A DNA stretch of 64,000 bases, from assembly GCF_036321535.1 (NCBI RefSeq), contig NC_087437.1, forward strand, positions 49,850,001 through 49,914,000. The letters run 5' to 3'. A program made the translations under genes and the position numbers. Of this stretch, positions 12,350 through 23,150 are shown piece by piece (position 1 is the first letter of the stretch; each line of letters opens with the position of its first letter). The notes under the pieces were generated by a model. The model saw only the letters and a list, made by a program, of their open reading frames with translations. It ran no database searches and was not told where the DNA came from. The DNA is from Camelus dromedarius (Eukaryota).

Positions 12350-13435
12350 ACTGTGACTCTCAGAAACTTAATTTTCCTCATCAGTAAAATACAGATAACA
12401 TTGTGTATTTTATCTTTATAGAAGTGGCCTCCAAAATCAGATATGCTCATCCTAGTGAACGAAAGAAAAAAATTGGTGCACTTTTATTCTATATGTGTGT
12501 GTGTCATGCATTATAATTTCATATACAATGTATTTATTTATATACAACTGACTTATATATATGCTGACTTCAATTCTTGATGCGTGGCTTGACCCTGAGG
12601 CCATTGCTTGTCCCACGCGTCAGATGGCCGTAGGCCTCACACAGCTGAGGAGGGATCCTGACAGAAAGACCACATCCCAGGGGGCTGCCTGGACACCCTC
12701 ATCTGTTAGGTGGTGTTCGGCACACTGTCAGGCAGTACAATCTTCACATGCTCGGCTAAAGGGAATTGTGGATCACATTATCTAGTTTTAACCACAGTGT
12801 CCCTCATAAAATGGATTAATGATTTTAAAAGATCCCTACAATGAAACCATATATTGAAACTAATATTAATAATGTGAATACAGATGAACAAGAAATGGCA
12901 AAGCTGACACTTCTCCTGCCCCAGCAGAGCTCACTGATAGCCACACTGAGCTAAGGACAATGACGATCTACTTAAGCTTTGACACCATTAATAACAAGCA
13001 TAAAAATAAGGTGAACTTAGAGCCAAGCCTCTGAAACATAAACTAAGTCAAGATTTTTCATGGACCATGAAACATGTTCAATTATGTTGTTTGCATTAAA
13101 ATGTTATTATAAATATTTTTAGATAGCAAAATATTATTATGCCTTTAAGAACTAAAGTAATTATTTGAAATAATGTTTGTTTCATATTCATCTGATTCTT
13201 TTAAAATTCCAATTTTTGTGCACATTTCATAACGTCTTATGCAGTAGTAGTGCAGTAAAGGTGTATAATAAGTCAGTGAATATGCATATTTTAAGGTACA
13301 TGTTCCAAATTGATACTTTCAGGGTGCATGATCAAAGAAGTCTGGCAACCACTTGTTTCCAGGATTGAATACAAACATGTGTATGAAGTCCCAAGAACAG
13401 CTCTAGTCATGATTGGCTGTCAATCTAATAAACTA
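12350..13435 (+). mobile_element. MIR split by the hAT insertion
   Basis: Left half ttttcctcatcagtaaaat..gataa (12372-12400); right half aggattgaat...tgtgtatgaagt...agaacag...aataaa (13361-13432). Confidence 0.5.
12422..13354. mobile_element. hAT-Charlie non-autonomous DNA transposon (Charlie4-like)
   Basis: Degenerate terminal inverted repeats aagtggcctccaaa...tctggcaaccactt (cf. CAGTGGTCTCCAAA); right subterminal gggtgcatgatcaaagaagt; flanks ctttatag/gtttccag as a possible decayed 8-bp TSD. Confidence 0.6.
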
Positions 13436-15544
13436 ATGGGATTCTACTGAAATGAGTGTCAGTGGGAACTAAGATATATGTTTTAATTCGTTTCAGTTTA
13501 TCCCAGGTCTTTATGAACAATCCCATTCTAGATCGGGTATTTTTGCCATAACTGAAGGCACCTGAGGAGTTACCTAGCGGCCCACAGGTAGCCCTGCTGT
13601 TCCTCCTCCTTTGAGAGAACAGAAGAAATCTTAGTAACTCAATAGGCTTGAGACCGGTGACTACTCATTTCCAACTTCTGCTCAGTATAACTTGTCCAGA
13701 GAAGTAATAGCAGTCTCATTTTCAGGATTCGAAATGATGGATAATATAAAATAAAAGTCTAACCATGGTTGGATAAGCCAAATAGGTTCTAACTCAGAGA
13801 AATTTGGATTTGGGCAATAAAAAAGTTTAAGTATGTATAGCAATCCAAGCAAAGTGTTTTTTTTTTTTTTTTCTCAGAATTAATCAAAACTATTAATTAC
13901 TGATCCTACATCTTCTCAGGCTGAGTAATAAAAGTTAGGGGGGAAAAAGCAAAAACAATAATAGTTATTTTGTCCTCCATTTTTGGATGGTTGGTATCAG
14001 AACAGGATTAGAGAATTTAGCATAGTATTCACACCTAACAAAAGGTTTTCCATAGGTTTTTCACAGAGTTCTTTCCTTCAAGGTACTGTTACTTTGAGGG
14101 AGACAGACTTGTAAGAAAGAGGGAGAGAGAGAAATGTTCAAGGGCCACATTTTAACTCAATTCTTGAAATGTTATTTTCTTTGAAGTTTTTGCTTGTTAG
14201 TCATTCAAATTTGTAACCTGTTAAGAGAATTGGCAACCCTGTTTCTTTCCTATCTCCTCCATATTTTTCCCTCAACATACGTACCTTTAAAATAATAATA
14301 ATAAACAAACAAACAAAAAATAATTGCTTGGAAAATTAGTTTGACCCTGACTCTAATTCTTGAGGGATCAAATTACAGACATGAGAGGGAAAAACAAGCA
14401 AATGTTTCCTTCATGTCTTCTTGCTTTTCTGCCCTTCCTGGACCTCCCTCTCTGTCTACTGGAATGTTAAAGAAAGAAAGTTCTTTGGCCCATACATGGT
14501 TGACTCATTCAAATTCCATATGCATTCAGCTGTGCAACTCGAAGAGGCCTCTATTTCGTTGGTGCTCTGGGGAAGCTAACATAACTTGATCAGTAAAATT
14601 ATGGAAAGTGGTATTTCAAACAAAGAGCTGGAGAGTTGGGACCTAGAACAAAGCAGTGGATTTTTTTTTCTCACAGTTTTTGGGGAGGTATGTATTCAAA
14701 ATCATAATTCACTCGTTGTTTCTGAACACAGCAGAGTGAAATGGCAGCCCCTCTCACCGTCCAAACACCCATGTGACTAAATTCAGCCCTGCTCCTTTTC
14801 CAATTCTGATTTCCTAGCCCTGTGAGAACATCCAGCCATTTAAGGGAGTGTCACTCAAGCTTATCCTTTTAATCGGAGCCCTTAGAAGAAATGCCAGTTT
14901 GTTTTTGGAGACAGTTAATCTGACGGAAGTAAATTCAAGTTTTGGCAAAGATCGGTGGTAAGATAGAGTGAAAAGCTGCCAAACAGTATTATTAGAAGAA
15001 GAAAAAAAGGCACGACCTCCCTAAGTCAAATGCCAAGCACACCTACATCAGTTTCAATCAAGCTGTAGAAAAATAAGATATTTTTAGATGTAGTAAGCCT
15101 TAGTGCTTCTGTGCCCCAAGGGCTGACAAAAAAAAAAAAAAGCTTGTAATTACTTTTCCATGAGGTTCTTATAATTTAATATGAAATAAGCTTTTAAAAA
15201 GACTACAGTGTGAAACAAACCTAAATAGTTTAAACAAACAAACAAAAAACAAACACACAAAAGACCCCCAAAATCTAAATAGTCATTCCTCTACCTCACC
15301 TCGGATGCTTCTATGGACTCTCATTTTGCTTCATGGCAAGGCCCCTCCATACGGCTCTCCAGACATCTGCCCAGTTCTGCCGATGCATCTCCAAACTTGG
15401 GCTCCCTAAGCCGCACTGTACTGGGTGAGTTATGGCTACACTGCTGTGCGGATCCCTAAACTGAGCCCTGCAAGGAACATGTGGCATCCTAGTGCAGAGC
15501 CGAGGAGCGAACCAAAGTCTCCAAGGTCAAGGTGACTCATGGAC

Positions 15545-15730
15545 GGGATCTTGGAGATGCTCTAGTCTGATATCCTCTTCTTAGAGACGAGGAGACCGAG
15601 GTTCAGGGTGGCTGTGATGGGTCCAACTCATACAAGCAATTAAGTGTTAAGTACAGTATATGGGTTAGAACCCAGGTCCAGCCCACAGGTTTTCCAGTTC
15701 CCTACTCTGGGCTTTTTTGCTCATACCAGA
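15545..15730 (-). mobile_element. MIR/MIR3 fragment
   Basis: gggatcttggagatgctctagtc...agagacgaggagaccgagg...ttagaacccaggtc. Confidence 0.55.
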
Positions 15731-16139
15731 AAAATAGGAGAGCTAGTCCCAGGAATGTAAAGTCCTTTCTCCTCCTCCGTCTGTCTCACGTGCTGACAGG
15801 TCACAGGAGTCCACATGCTGTGCCACACTGTGATTTGTGATTTACCACTCCCTGGAATGTCAGAGAGAATGCTGCCCCAGCACCCCATTCCAGAATTTAC
15901 TCTGGATCACGGGATGAAGGTGAGGAAGGAAGTTGTTAATAATACCCCACACCCCAAAGGAGATGGAGTGGGAGTATAGGTGATCGGATTCTTTCAATCC
16001 CAGATCCAACTGACTCTACCAAACAGAACTGTGTATGCTCACAGCCGCTCCCCATGTTTGCCAGGAACTACCACTGGAACCACATGAAACTACTCAATTC
16101 CAATATTCTTGACCTTCAAAAACAGCAATCTCAGTTCAA

Positions 16140-16370
16140 GCTAGTTTTATTGAGCAGCAACCATGTGCCAGGAACCCTTCGAAGTGCTAATCAGTGGGTC
16201 AACCCTTCAAATGGCCTGTGAGTTCAATGGTTCAGTTCCTCCCATACTGATAAGGCAATGGGACCTCAGAGAGGGAATGTCACTGACCTAAGACCATAGG
16301 GCTGGAAAGTGAGGACAACAGGATTGGGCCAATTTGATCTTACTTCCTATCTCTATTCTTCCATGTTGTC
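16140..16370 (-). mobile_element. MIR SINE
   Basis: tttattgagcagcaaccatgtgccagg...ctcagagaggg..tgtcactgacctaagaccata. Confidence 0.65.
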
Positions 16371-16789
16371 TACAGAGGAGGAAAAGGAAAGTGTCCTGAC
16401 TCCCACTTCTCCCCCGCTCTCCAGCTCACCTCCTCTGAGCTCTCACCCCCTCAGGGAACAGCTACTCTGGATGTGAAGGATTCTGGGTAGAGCCTCTGAC
16501 CTTCCTCCCCCTGCCCCTGCACCATCCACCTTCCATCACTGAGACGCCCCCTCCCTCGGCCCCATCTCTTTCCTGTGTTTACCTTTGCAGCCCTCTGATC
16601 CACTTCTAGCCCAGCCAGCCCCACCGGCACAGTTCCCTGCCCCTGGAGAGGGGCCTGCTCGCCCCAGGCATCACTCCTTCCCAGGGGGTTGTAAAGCACC
16701 CATCACCAATCAAGGCGGTGGAGTGAGACTGCAAGGACTCTGCCCGTCAAGATCCTGACCACAGCGTAGGCTGGCCCTGGAGTTTCTAG

Positions 16790-17244
16790 CCTAGGGTTAC
16801 TGAAGAGGATTCAGGCAGTTTATAAACTGGAATGGAAACAACTACCTTTTAATTTTCACCAGCTTTTAACTGAAATTTAGCATTTTCTTCCATTTTGTGT
16901 GGAACAAACAGTCATATTTTGGTATCTCTGATTTTGTCAGCAGCAGAAATCGCAGATATTCTGTTACAGTTGTTGCTTTATCTCAGAATATCGTTTACAT
17001 TCAGCAGGACTTCAAGTCATAACCTGCCACCAAATCTTATTTAACCAATCAACAAAGCACTTATACTGCTATATACAAAATTTGCTTTTTAGTATTTTGG
17101 TAATTAAAATTTCATATAATTGGTTTTTGTTGTAAACTGCTTGTCTTATTTTATCCATTTAAAAGGATTTTTCTCAGAGGGGGTCCATGGGCTTTTTCAG
17201 ATAGCCAAAGAGGTCCATGGCACACAAGTGGTAAAGAACCTCTG
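16790..17244. mobile_element. MER113-like hAT-Charlie element
   Basis: Terminal ttctcagagggggtccatgggcttt..cagatagccaaagaggtccatggcacacaagtggtaaagaacctctg, plus internal taactgaaatttagcatt and agaaatcgcagatatt. Confidence 0.7.
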
Positions 17245-17475
17245 GCTCAGTGGTTCAGAGGGCAGTCAGTTACTGTTGTGTCTGAATCCTGACTCCACCC
17301 CTCACCAGCTGAGAACCTGAGAAATGTTTCCTCATTTTTCGAGGCCTTGATTTCCCCAACCTCTAAAGGTGGGATGAGAACCAACTTCATAGGTTTGTTG
17401 TGAGGATCAGATGAGATAATCGAGGTAATACACAGAATGCAGCGCCAGCTCAGAGTAAGGGCTCAGCGATGCTGA
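17245..17475 (+). mobile_element. MIR SINE
   Basis: tgaatcctgactccacccctcaccagctg...tcataggtttgttgtgaggatcagatgagataat. Confidence 0.75.
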
Positions 17476-17754
17476 TCCCCATCAATATTCCGAGGCCTCG
17501 CCTCCCCTGTGCTGTCACACATCTCACACAGTTGTCCATTGTTCAGAGTGAGCCCAGAGGAGTGTCTGGGATCCACGTCCACCCCAGTGTTTTCAGGGTT
17601 CTTCCAGGTACGCACCAAGCCTCTTGGATTTCTGCCTCCCAGAAGCAAGGGGTGCATCATTTGCCCCCATCCAAGCCATCGGTCATCAATTAGCAGGAAT
17701 GACTGATTGCCATTGGGGCCATTGCTCTATCCACAGAGACAGTTTTTATCTGTG

Positions 17755-17950
17755 GACCTGGAGTCAGACCTCACTTCCTCTGACAGTCAGATCCTAGTTC
17801 AATGCCAGTTTGGGCGAGTGGCTTAGCCTCTCTGCACCCCTGTGGATGTAGCCAGGGAACCTCTGCCCCAACCTCCTCACCGGCTGTTGTACAGAACAAA
17901 TGAGAGAAAGAGTGTGAAGCCCTTTGAAAATTGTAAAGTGTGATACATGT
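17755..17950 (+). mobile_element. MIR fragment
   Basis: ggagtcagacct...tgggcgagtggcttagcctctctg...gttgtacagaacaaatgag. Confidence 0.55.
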
Positions 17951-18299
17951 ATTCACCACACACACCTGCCACCCTCCCTCCTCCATGCCTTTGCACGTGT
18001 TTTCTACTCAGCCAGGAGTGCTTCTCCTGACTCAGATGGCGCCTCCTCCAGCAATCCACCCTGATTATGACATCCAAGAAATGTGATGGAAACGTCCCTT
18101 CCTCCCGTCATCCTTTCATCCACATCCATCTCTCAGCACCCTTCACTTCCTCCTCTGCAGCTTCAGGTCTTACCTTCCCTGCCAAGGGAACTTTCTGAGG
18201 GTAGAACCACGGTTTAATTTTACTTTATACAAATAGAGCCTGTTGTCTTATTGGCTCCTACCTAAATATACTAAAAACTCATAAAAAAAATTTTTTCAA

Positions 18300-18520
18300 G
18301 CTGTTATGGACAATTCCTGCCCTAGAAGGGGTTGATAAGAAGATAAATAAAAACATGGAACAGCTCAGGTGCAAATCATTATCCAAACACCAGACTCTGA
18401 GCTCTGAAGAAAGATCAAGCAGTAAACCCTGTGGCGGGAGTTGGGGGTATGACAGATCAAGGGAGGCTTCCTGGAGGAGAGGAGTGTTGCCAAGAGACAG
18501 GTAAAAGACAGGACTGATGA
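18300..18520 (-). mobile_element. L2 LINE fragment
   Basis: tcctgccct...agggaggcttcctggaggag (antisense L2 3' region). Confidence 0.5.
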
Positions 18521-19069
18521 CCTGCATGAGGCAGGTGGGACAGGTGGAGAACTAAGCATGGAGAATGACAAAGAGGGAACAGGAGTGAGAGTACCTCCAT
18601 TCGTTTCTCTAGTTGCTCCTTGCCTCAGCAAACCTTTAGTGCAGACCTGTTCTGTGCTGGGCACAGTACTAGGTAAACACAGATGGCGGCTGGTGCAATG
18701 TACCATGAAAACGATTGCGATTGTAACGCGTACTGTTATATCTCTGACCCAGAGCAAGGACATCGCTGACGCAGGAATTCTGGGTTGTCAAAGCCTGGCA
18801 AATGCCATTTTCAGGGAGGACCTTCCTGAGCAGACCACAGCTCTGCACCACATCTCGGCACTGCTGGATGGTCACCACGACACTCTCAGACCTTTCATCT
18901 CTCGTGACTCAGGGGACTCAGGGAGACTGTGGAAGTCAATGGTCAGTGAAGCTCGGACTTCAACACCCATTGCAGGAAACTAGGTTCTTCAGGGTAGAAA
19001 AGGCTCTTTCTTATAAACGTTTTTTGGTCTTTAATTCTCCATTTTTGAAACCCAAAGTTTTTATGTCCT

Positions 19070-19265
19070 ACTGTTCCAACTCTGTGCCAGATACTTTCTA
19101 TCTATTATCTCATTTAAAACACTTAATGACCCCATGGGAGGTGGGTATTTTCCCTGACATTTTACTATTCAGGAAATAAGACAGAGAAATTAATAACTTT
19201 ATCAAGGTCACACAGCTTGTAAGCAGTGAAGTCAGGTGTAGGTTACAAAGTCAGTGGTCTTTGCT
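19070..19265 (-). mobile_element. MIR SINE
   Basis: tgtgccaga...tctcattta...aataactttatcaaggtcacacagcttgtaag. Confidence 0.7.
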
Positions 19266-20046
19266 TTTGTTCTTTCTTTTAAACTCTACAGTTCTGTGTC
19301 CTTGGTGTTTCACATACATGCCTTTGGGTGAATTTTCTGGGCATTAGAGGTGGGTTGGAGACACATTTCACCATGTACATCCTTGTCACACCCAGAGAAA
19401 ATGTTTCGAAAGTGAAAAAAGAAAAATGCTGATCAAGTCAGTGCTGGGAAATGTAATGTGAGCCTAATATTTTAGAACGGACTCTTTAGAATTCCAAAGA
19501 ACTAATCATAAATAGGATGTGGCCATTATTTTTGGTGAGCAATTAGAATAGCATTATCTTGACAGAACTGAATTCCCATTAGTAGAAGGAGGAAGAGTAC
19601 TTCAGAATTTGGCACATCTTTGCTTTCATGTTTGAAGGAGGCACTGGAAACAATGTTCCCCTAAAACTTCAAAAGCCTACTTAATGTTGGAAATTTGTTC
19701 ATGAATAGATGTAGCTATTCTTTGGCACTTTTTTGTAGAATGCTTTAATATCCAGTTTCAGAGCATCCATTCACTCACACATTTTAAAAAGTGATTTAAG
19801 TTAGTGCAAAGAACCGTTTGAAATCCATAGGACTTGAGGCTCAGCTCCCTGAGTCAGGCATATGCCTGTGTTGCTTTCACAGGGAGGTGTCTGTTGAGCT
19901 GCCTGTGTGTGTGTGTGGAAGGATGCCGGGGATGCCGATCTGTCTGTGCACTCGTGCATATACACGCATATGTCTGCATTCACGTGTTCACGTGCTACGG
20001 AAGGACCTTCAAAAAGTTGGTTGATTCACTCACTGAACAAATATTG

Positions 20047-20149
20047 GTGCTCGCTTTGGCGGTTGGAACGATACAGAGATGATTAGCATAGCCCCTGCTC
20101 AAGGATGACATGCAAATTCATGAAGCATTCTCTATTTTAAAAAAAAAAA
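20047..20149 (+). pseudogene. RNU6: Processed U6 snRNA pseudogene (retrocopy) with poly-A tail
   Basis: 20047-20138 aligns end to end with U6 (gtgctcgctt...ttggaacgatacagaga..gattagcat..cccctg..caaggatgaca..caaattc..tgaagc..tatttt) except for a 14-nt deletion and about 10 substitutions; A11 tail; TSD aacaaatattg at 20036-20046 and 20148-20158. Confidence 0.95.
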
Positions 20150-21621
20150 CAAATATTGCCTAGTATACTCCTTGTGCACCTCTTCTAAACAGCTGTATGA
20201 GATTCAAAGGATCCTCAGATTCAGCCTAGTAAGAGGAAGAAGCCACAGAAAAATGAAATGCTAAATACCTAACAGAAACGTGCCGCAAGTTCCTCTGTGG
20301 CAAATAAGTGGCCATGGAAAGAAAAATGCTGTCACTTCTGGCCTCGTACAAGAGGCCACGTCTGTAGCTTCCAGTAATAACTCCCATCTGGTGACTTCTC
20401 ATCATGTATCAGACAGTTCATAGGCATCTTCTCTGGTTCACATCCCTATTTCTGAGAAAACAGACATTCAGGGGCATCCAAGGGTACATGGCAGCCAAGG
20501 GTGGAGGCAGATCCAAACGCAGTTCTGCAGACTGCAAAGTGCTCACACATCTCACTCCACCCCACTGCCTCTCTTCCCTCCTCACTAGTGTTTCTGGGAG
20601 AAAAGACAAGATCTCCTACACTGGAACAGACAGAGGCTCACTGCCAGGGCTGCACCTCCACAGCGCACACCACTGAGACACGGCCCACCATGCCAAAGGA
20701 CGGAGCAGGGCGGGCAGGCTGGGAATAAGCGGACCTAAGAGGGTCTGGCCGGCTTTACAGAGCAGCTTTGTCCACGTCAGAGACTTTGTCCTGTGCAGGC
20801 AAGGTTGTTGGGTACCAGGCACTCCCTCTGCCTTAGACCCTCCAAGTGAGCTCGTGCTTCTCAGCCCCAAGAGAGACTTGAGCTCAATACAACATATAAT
20901 TAAATATAAGGTCCCTTCACTGGACCTCTGGGGCTGTGATGGGGGCCAAAGGCCTGAGCACCAGCCCTCCTGTGCCCCTGTGCACACAGCTCGTGCACAG
21001 TATGCGCTTTGTGCTGTGCTGTTTATTGATGTGCACACATGTGTCCTTGTATATTTTAGAGATGTGAGTGGCTGGCATCACTAGAGACAGTTTACTTCTA
21101 AAACAATACTCTTCTGGTAAATTTTCAGTGTAAAGAACTAGCTTTTGGAGTAGAATTTATTTCTATTGTTAAAATCAGATATAATGTTAACTTTTTATTG
21201 CTATGATACTGACTCAAGTGCCTCATTTTATTTTTACTGGGTATGTCACTTTTTTTTTTTGCATTTTTTTTTAAGGGAAGGGGAGTTGATTTTTTAAGAG
21301 AAATATTATTGATGTCCTTTGCATTAAATGATTACCATTTGGTGCCCTATGGCCTCAGAAAACTTAAAGTTCAGTCATCTAACATAACACTTCACATCAT
21401 AAGGTGACACATTTATGAAATTCGCGTAAGGCGCCCAGTCAGGAAGTGGCAAGCCCTCCTGCCCGCCACTCTGCTGGCTGGGCATCCACACAGCATGAGT
21501 CGTGAAGGAAGCACGAAGACGCAGACGTCTTCCCCTGCCCCTCCTCTCCCTCCTCCTCCACCTCGTTCTTCTCCGAGTAAAGAATAAGCACTAGGCTTTT
21601 ATTTCTCAAGTAAAATTCTCA

Positions 21622-21890
21622 TTTTAAAATATTTTCAGATCTACACAAAAACTGTGAGGCTAGTACAATCAGTTCCCATATACGCTGCCCCCAGGGTATT
21701 TATTGTTCCTACTCTTATTGTTCCTTATCACTCACATCTTACATTTGCATGGTACAGTTGTCACAACTGATGAGCCAACAGGGATACATTATTATGAACA
21801 CGATTACACATTATTTATATTTATATACTTCTATATTATTATAAACTAAACACACTCTATTCAGATTTCCATAGTTTTTCCTGATGCTGT
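21622..21890 (-). mobile_element. L1MC/MD-type 3' end fragment
   Basis: ttcagatctacacaaaaactg...tagtaca..gttcccatatac...catcttacatt..catggtacagttgtcacaactgatgagccaaca. Confidence 0.7.
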
Positions 21891-22189
21891 AAATTGTTCC
21901 TTTATTTACCCATTTTGAGTCACCATCTCTTTCTCAGCAGGATCTTGACTATATATATATTTATATAGGAGAGATACATAAATTAATATTTCATTTAAAA
22001 TTATATGTACATATATTTAGATGTTGCTCTTATATAAATTTGGATACACAGAAGAGTCACAGGTGTCCTGCCTGCCAGGTCAGGGGGCCAAACAGCATCT
22101 AGCGAGCTGTGACCTAACAGTGTGGTTCCCTATGTTTAGAGAATGAATCACTGTATCAGACACATCACTGTCACTGCTCTCTGTCTAAT

Positions 22190-22410
22190 GTGCTCCAGAA
22201 TGACCTTGGCAAGTCTATACATTTATTTTAATGATGCTGCCATCACGCAAAACATTTTTGGAATTTTAGAACGTGTTTGCAAATTAGCTTTACAGACAAC
22301 TTTAGGTGTAGCGATTTTACCAAGCTTGATTCCTTCTCTTTTCACCAACCTCGGTTCTGAATTACTTTTGACTTTACAAAAAATCAAATCCAGCCTCAAT
22401 GAGTAAAGCT
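22190..22410 (+). mobile_element. MARNA-like Tc1/mariner remnant
   Basis: ttattttaatgatgctgccatcacgcaaaacatttttggaa and cttttcaccaacctcggttctgaattacttttgact..aaaaatcaaatccagcctcaa, a decayed YSPDLAPxDFxLFxKIK motif of mariner transposases. Confidence 0.6.
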
Positions 22411-22448
22411 TTTACTGGTGATATTTAGAACAACAAACCCTAGTCTCT

Positions 22449-22525
22449 GAGGAAAAGGAAGGAAGGAAGGAAGGAAGGAAGGAAGGAAGGAAGGAAGGAA
22501 GGAAGGAAGGAAGGAAGGAAGAAAG

Positions 22526-22612
<87 letters not shown>

Positions 22613-22613
22613 A

Positions 22614-22649
<36 letters not shown>

Positions 22650-22704
22650 AGGAAAAGAAAGAAAAGGAAAAGAAAGAAAAGAAGGAAAAGAAAGAAAAGA
22701 AGGA

Positions 22705-22735
<31 letters not shown>

Positions 22736-22736
22736 A
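22449..22736 (+). repeat. Compound (GGAA)16/(GAAA)n purine microsatellite
   Basis: (GGAA)16 at 22457-22520, then long GAAA arrays and GAAAA variants; only A/G from 22449 to 22723. Confidence 0.97.
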
Positions 22737-22889
22737 TTTTAAAAAAGAGAGAGAAAGTTCTAGATTTGTTGAGCCATGGCAATGCTTGGAATAAGTATAG
22801 AGTGTACATAGGTGACTACTTTGGAGTGGGCAGGATTCATTTGGATGAACAGATTCTGCTGTGTTTGTTTTTTAAAAAATCTGTTATTA

Positions 22890-23150
22890 GGCTGTAATAG
22901 CGTGGTGTTTTATGATGCAGGCTCTAGGGTCTGTCTGGCTGGGTTTAAAATCTGGCTTCATCATTTATTATCTTTGTGTGACCTTAAGCAAGTCACTTAA
23001 CGTTTCTCTGCCTAGAGTTTCTCATCTGTAAAACGAAGACAATGATAGTACCAACGCTACAGGGTTGTTCTGATAATTAAAAGAATCAGTATTTGTAAAG
23101 CATGTTAATGGTGCTAGAGCCTAGGAAGAAATCAAATGTTAACTGTTACC
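22890..23150 (+). mobile_element. MIR SINE, near full length
   Basis: tgtgtgaccttaagcaagtcacttaacgtttctctgcctagagtttctcatctgtaaaac..gacaatgatagtacc...agggttgtt. Confidence 0.88.

Noticed and set aside
18365..19179. Cluster of overlapping 120-140-aa ORFs
   Set aside because: They overlap L2/MIR remnants in moderately GC-rich DNA, occur on both strands and show no domain or splice structure.
20047..20138. Functional U6 snRNA gene
   Set aside because: 14-nt deletion, CpG-decay substitutions, poly-A tail and TSD, and no evident PSE/TATA upstream
22396..22809. 137-aa and 104-aa F/L/S-rich 'membrane' ORFs
   Set aside because: Translations of the (TTTC)n/(TTCC)n microsatellite
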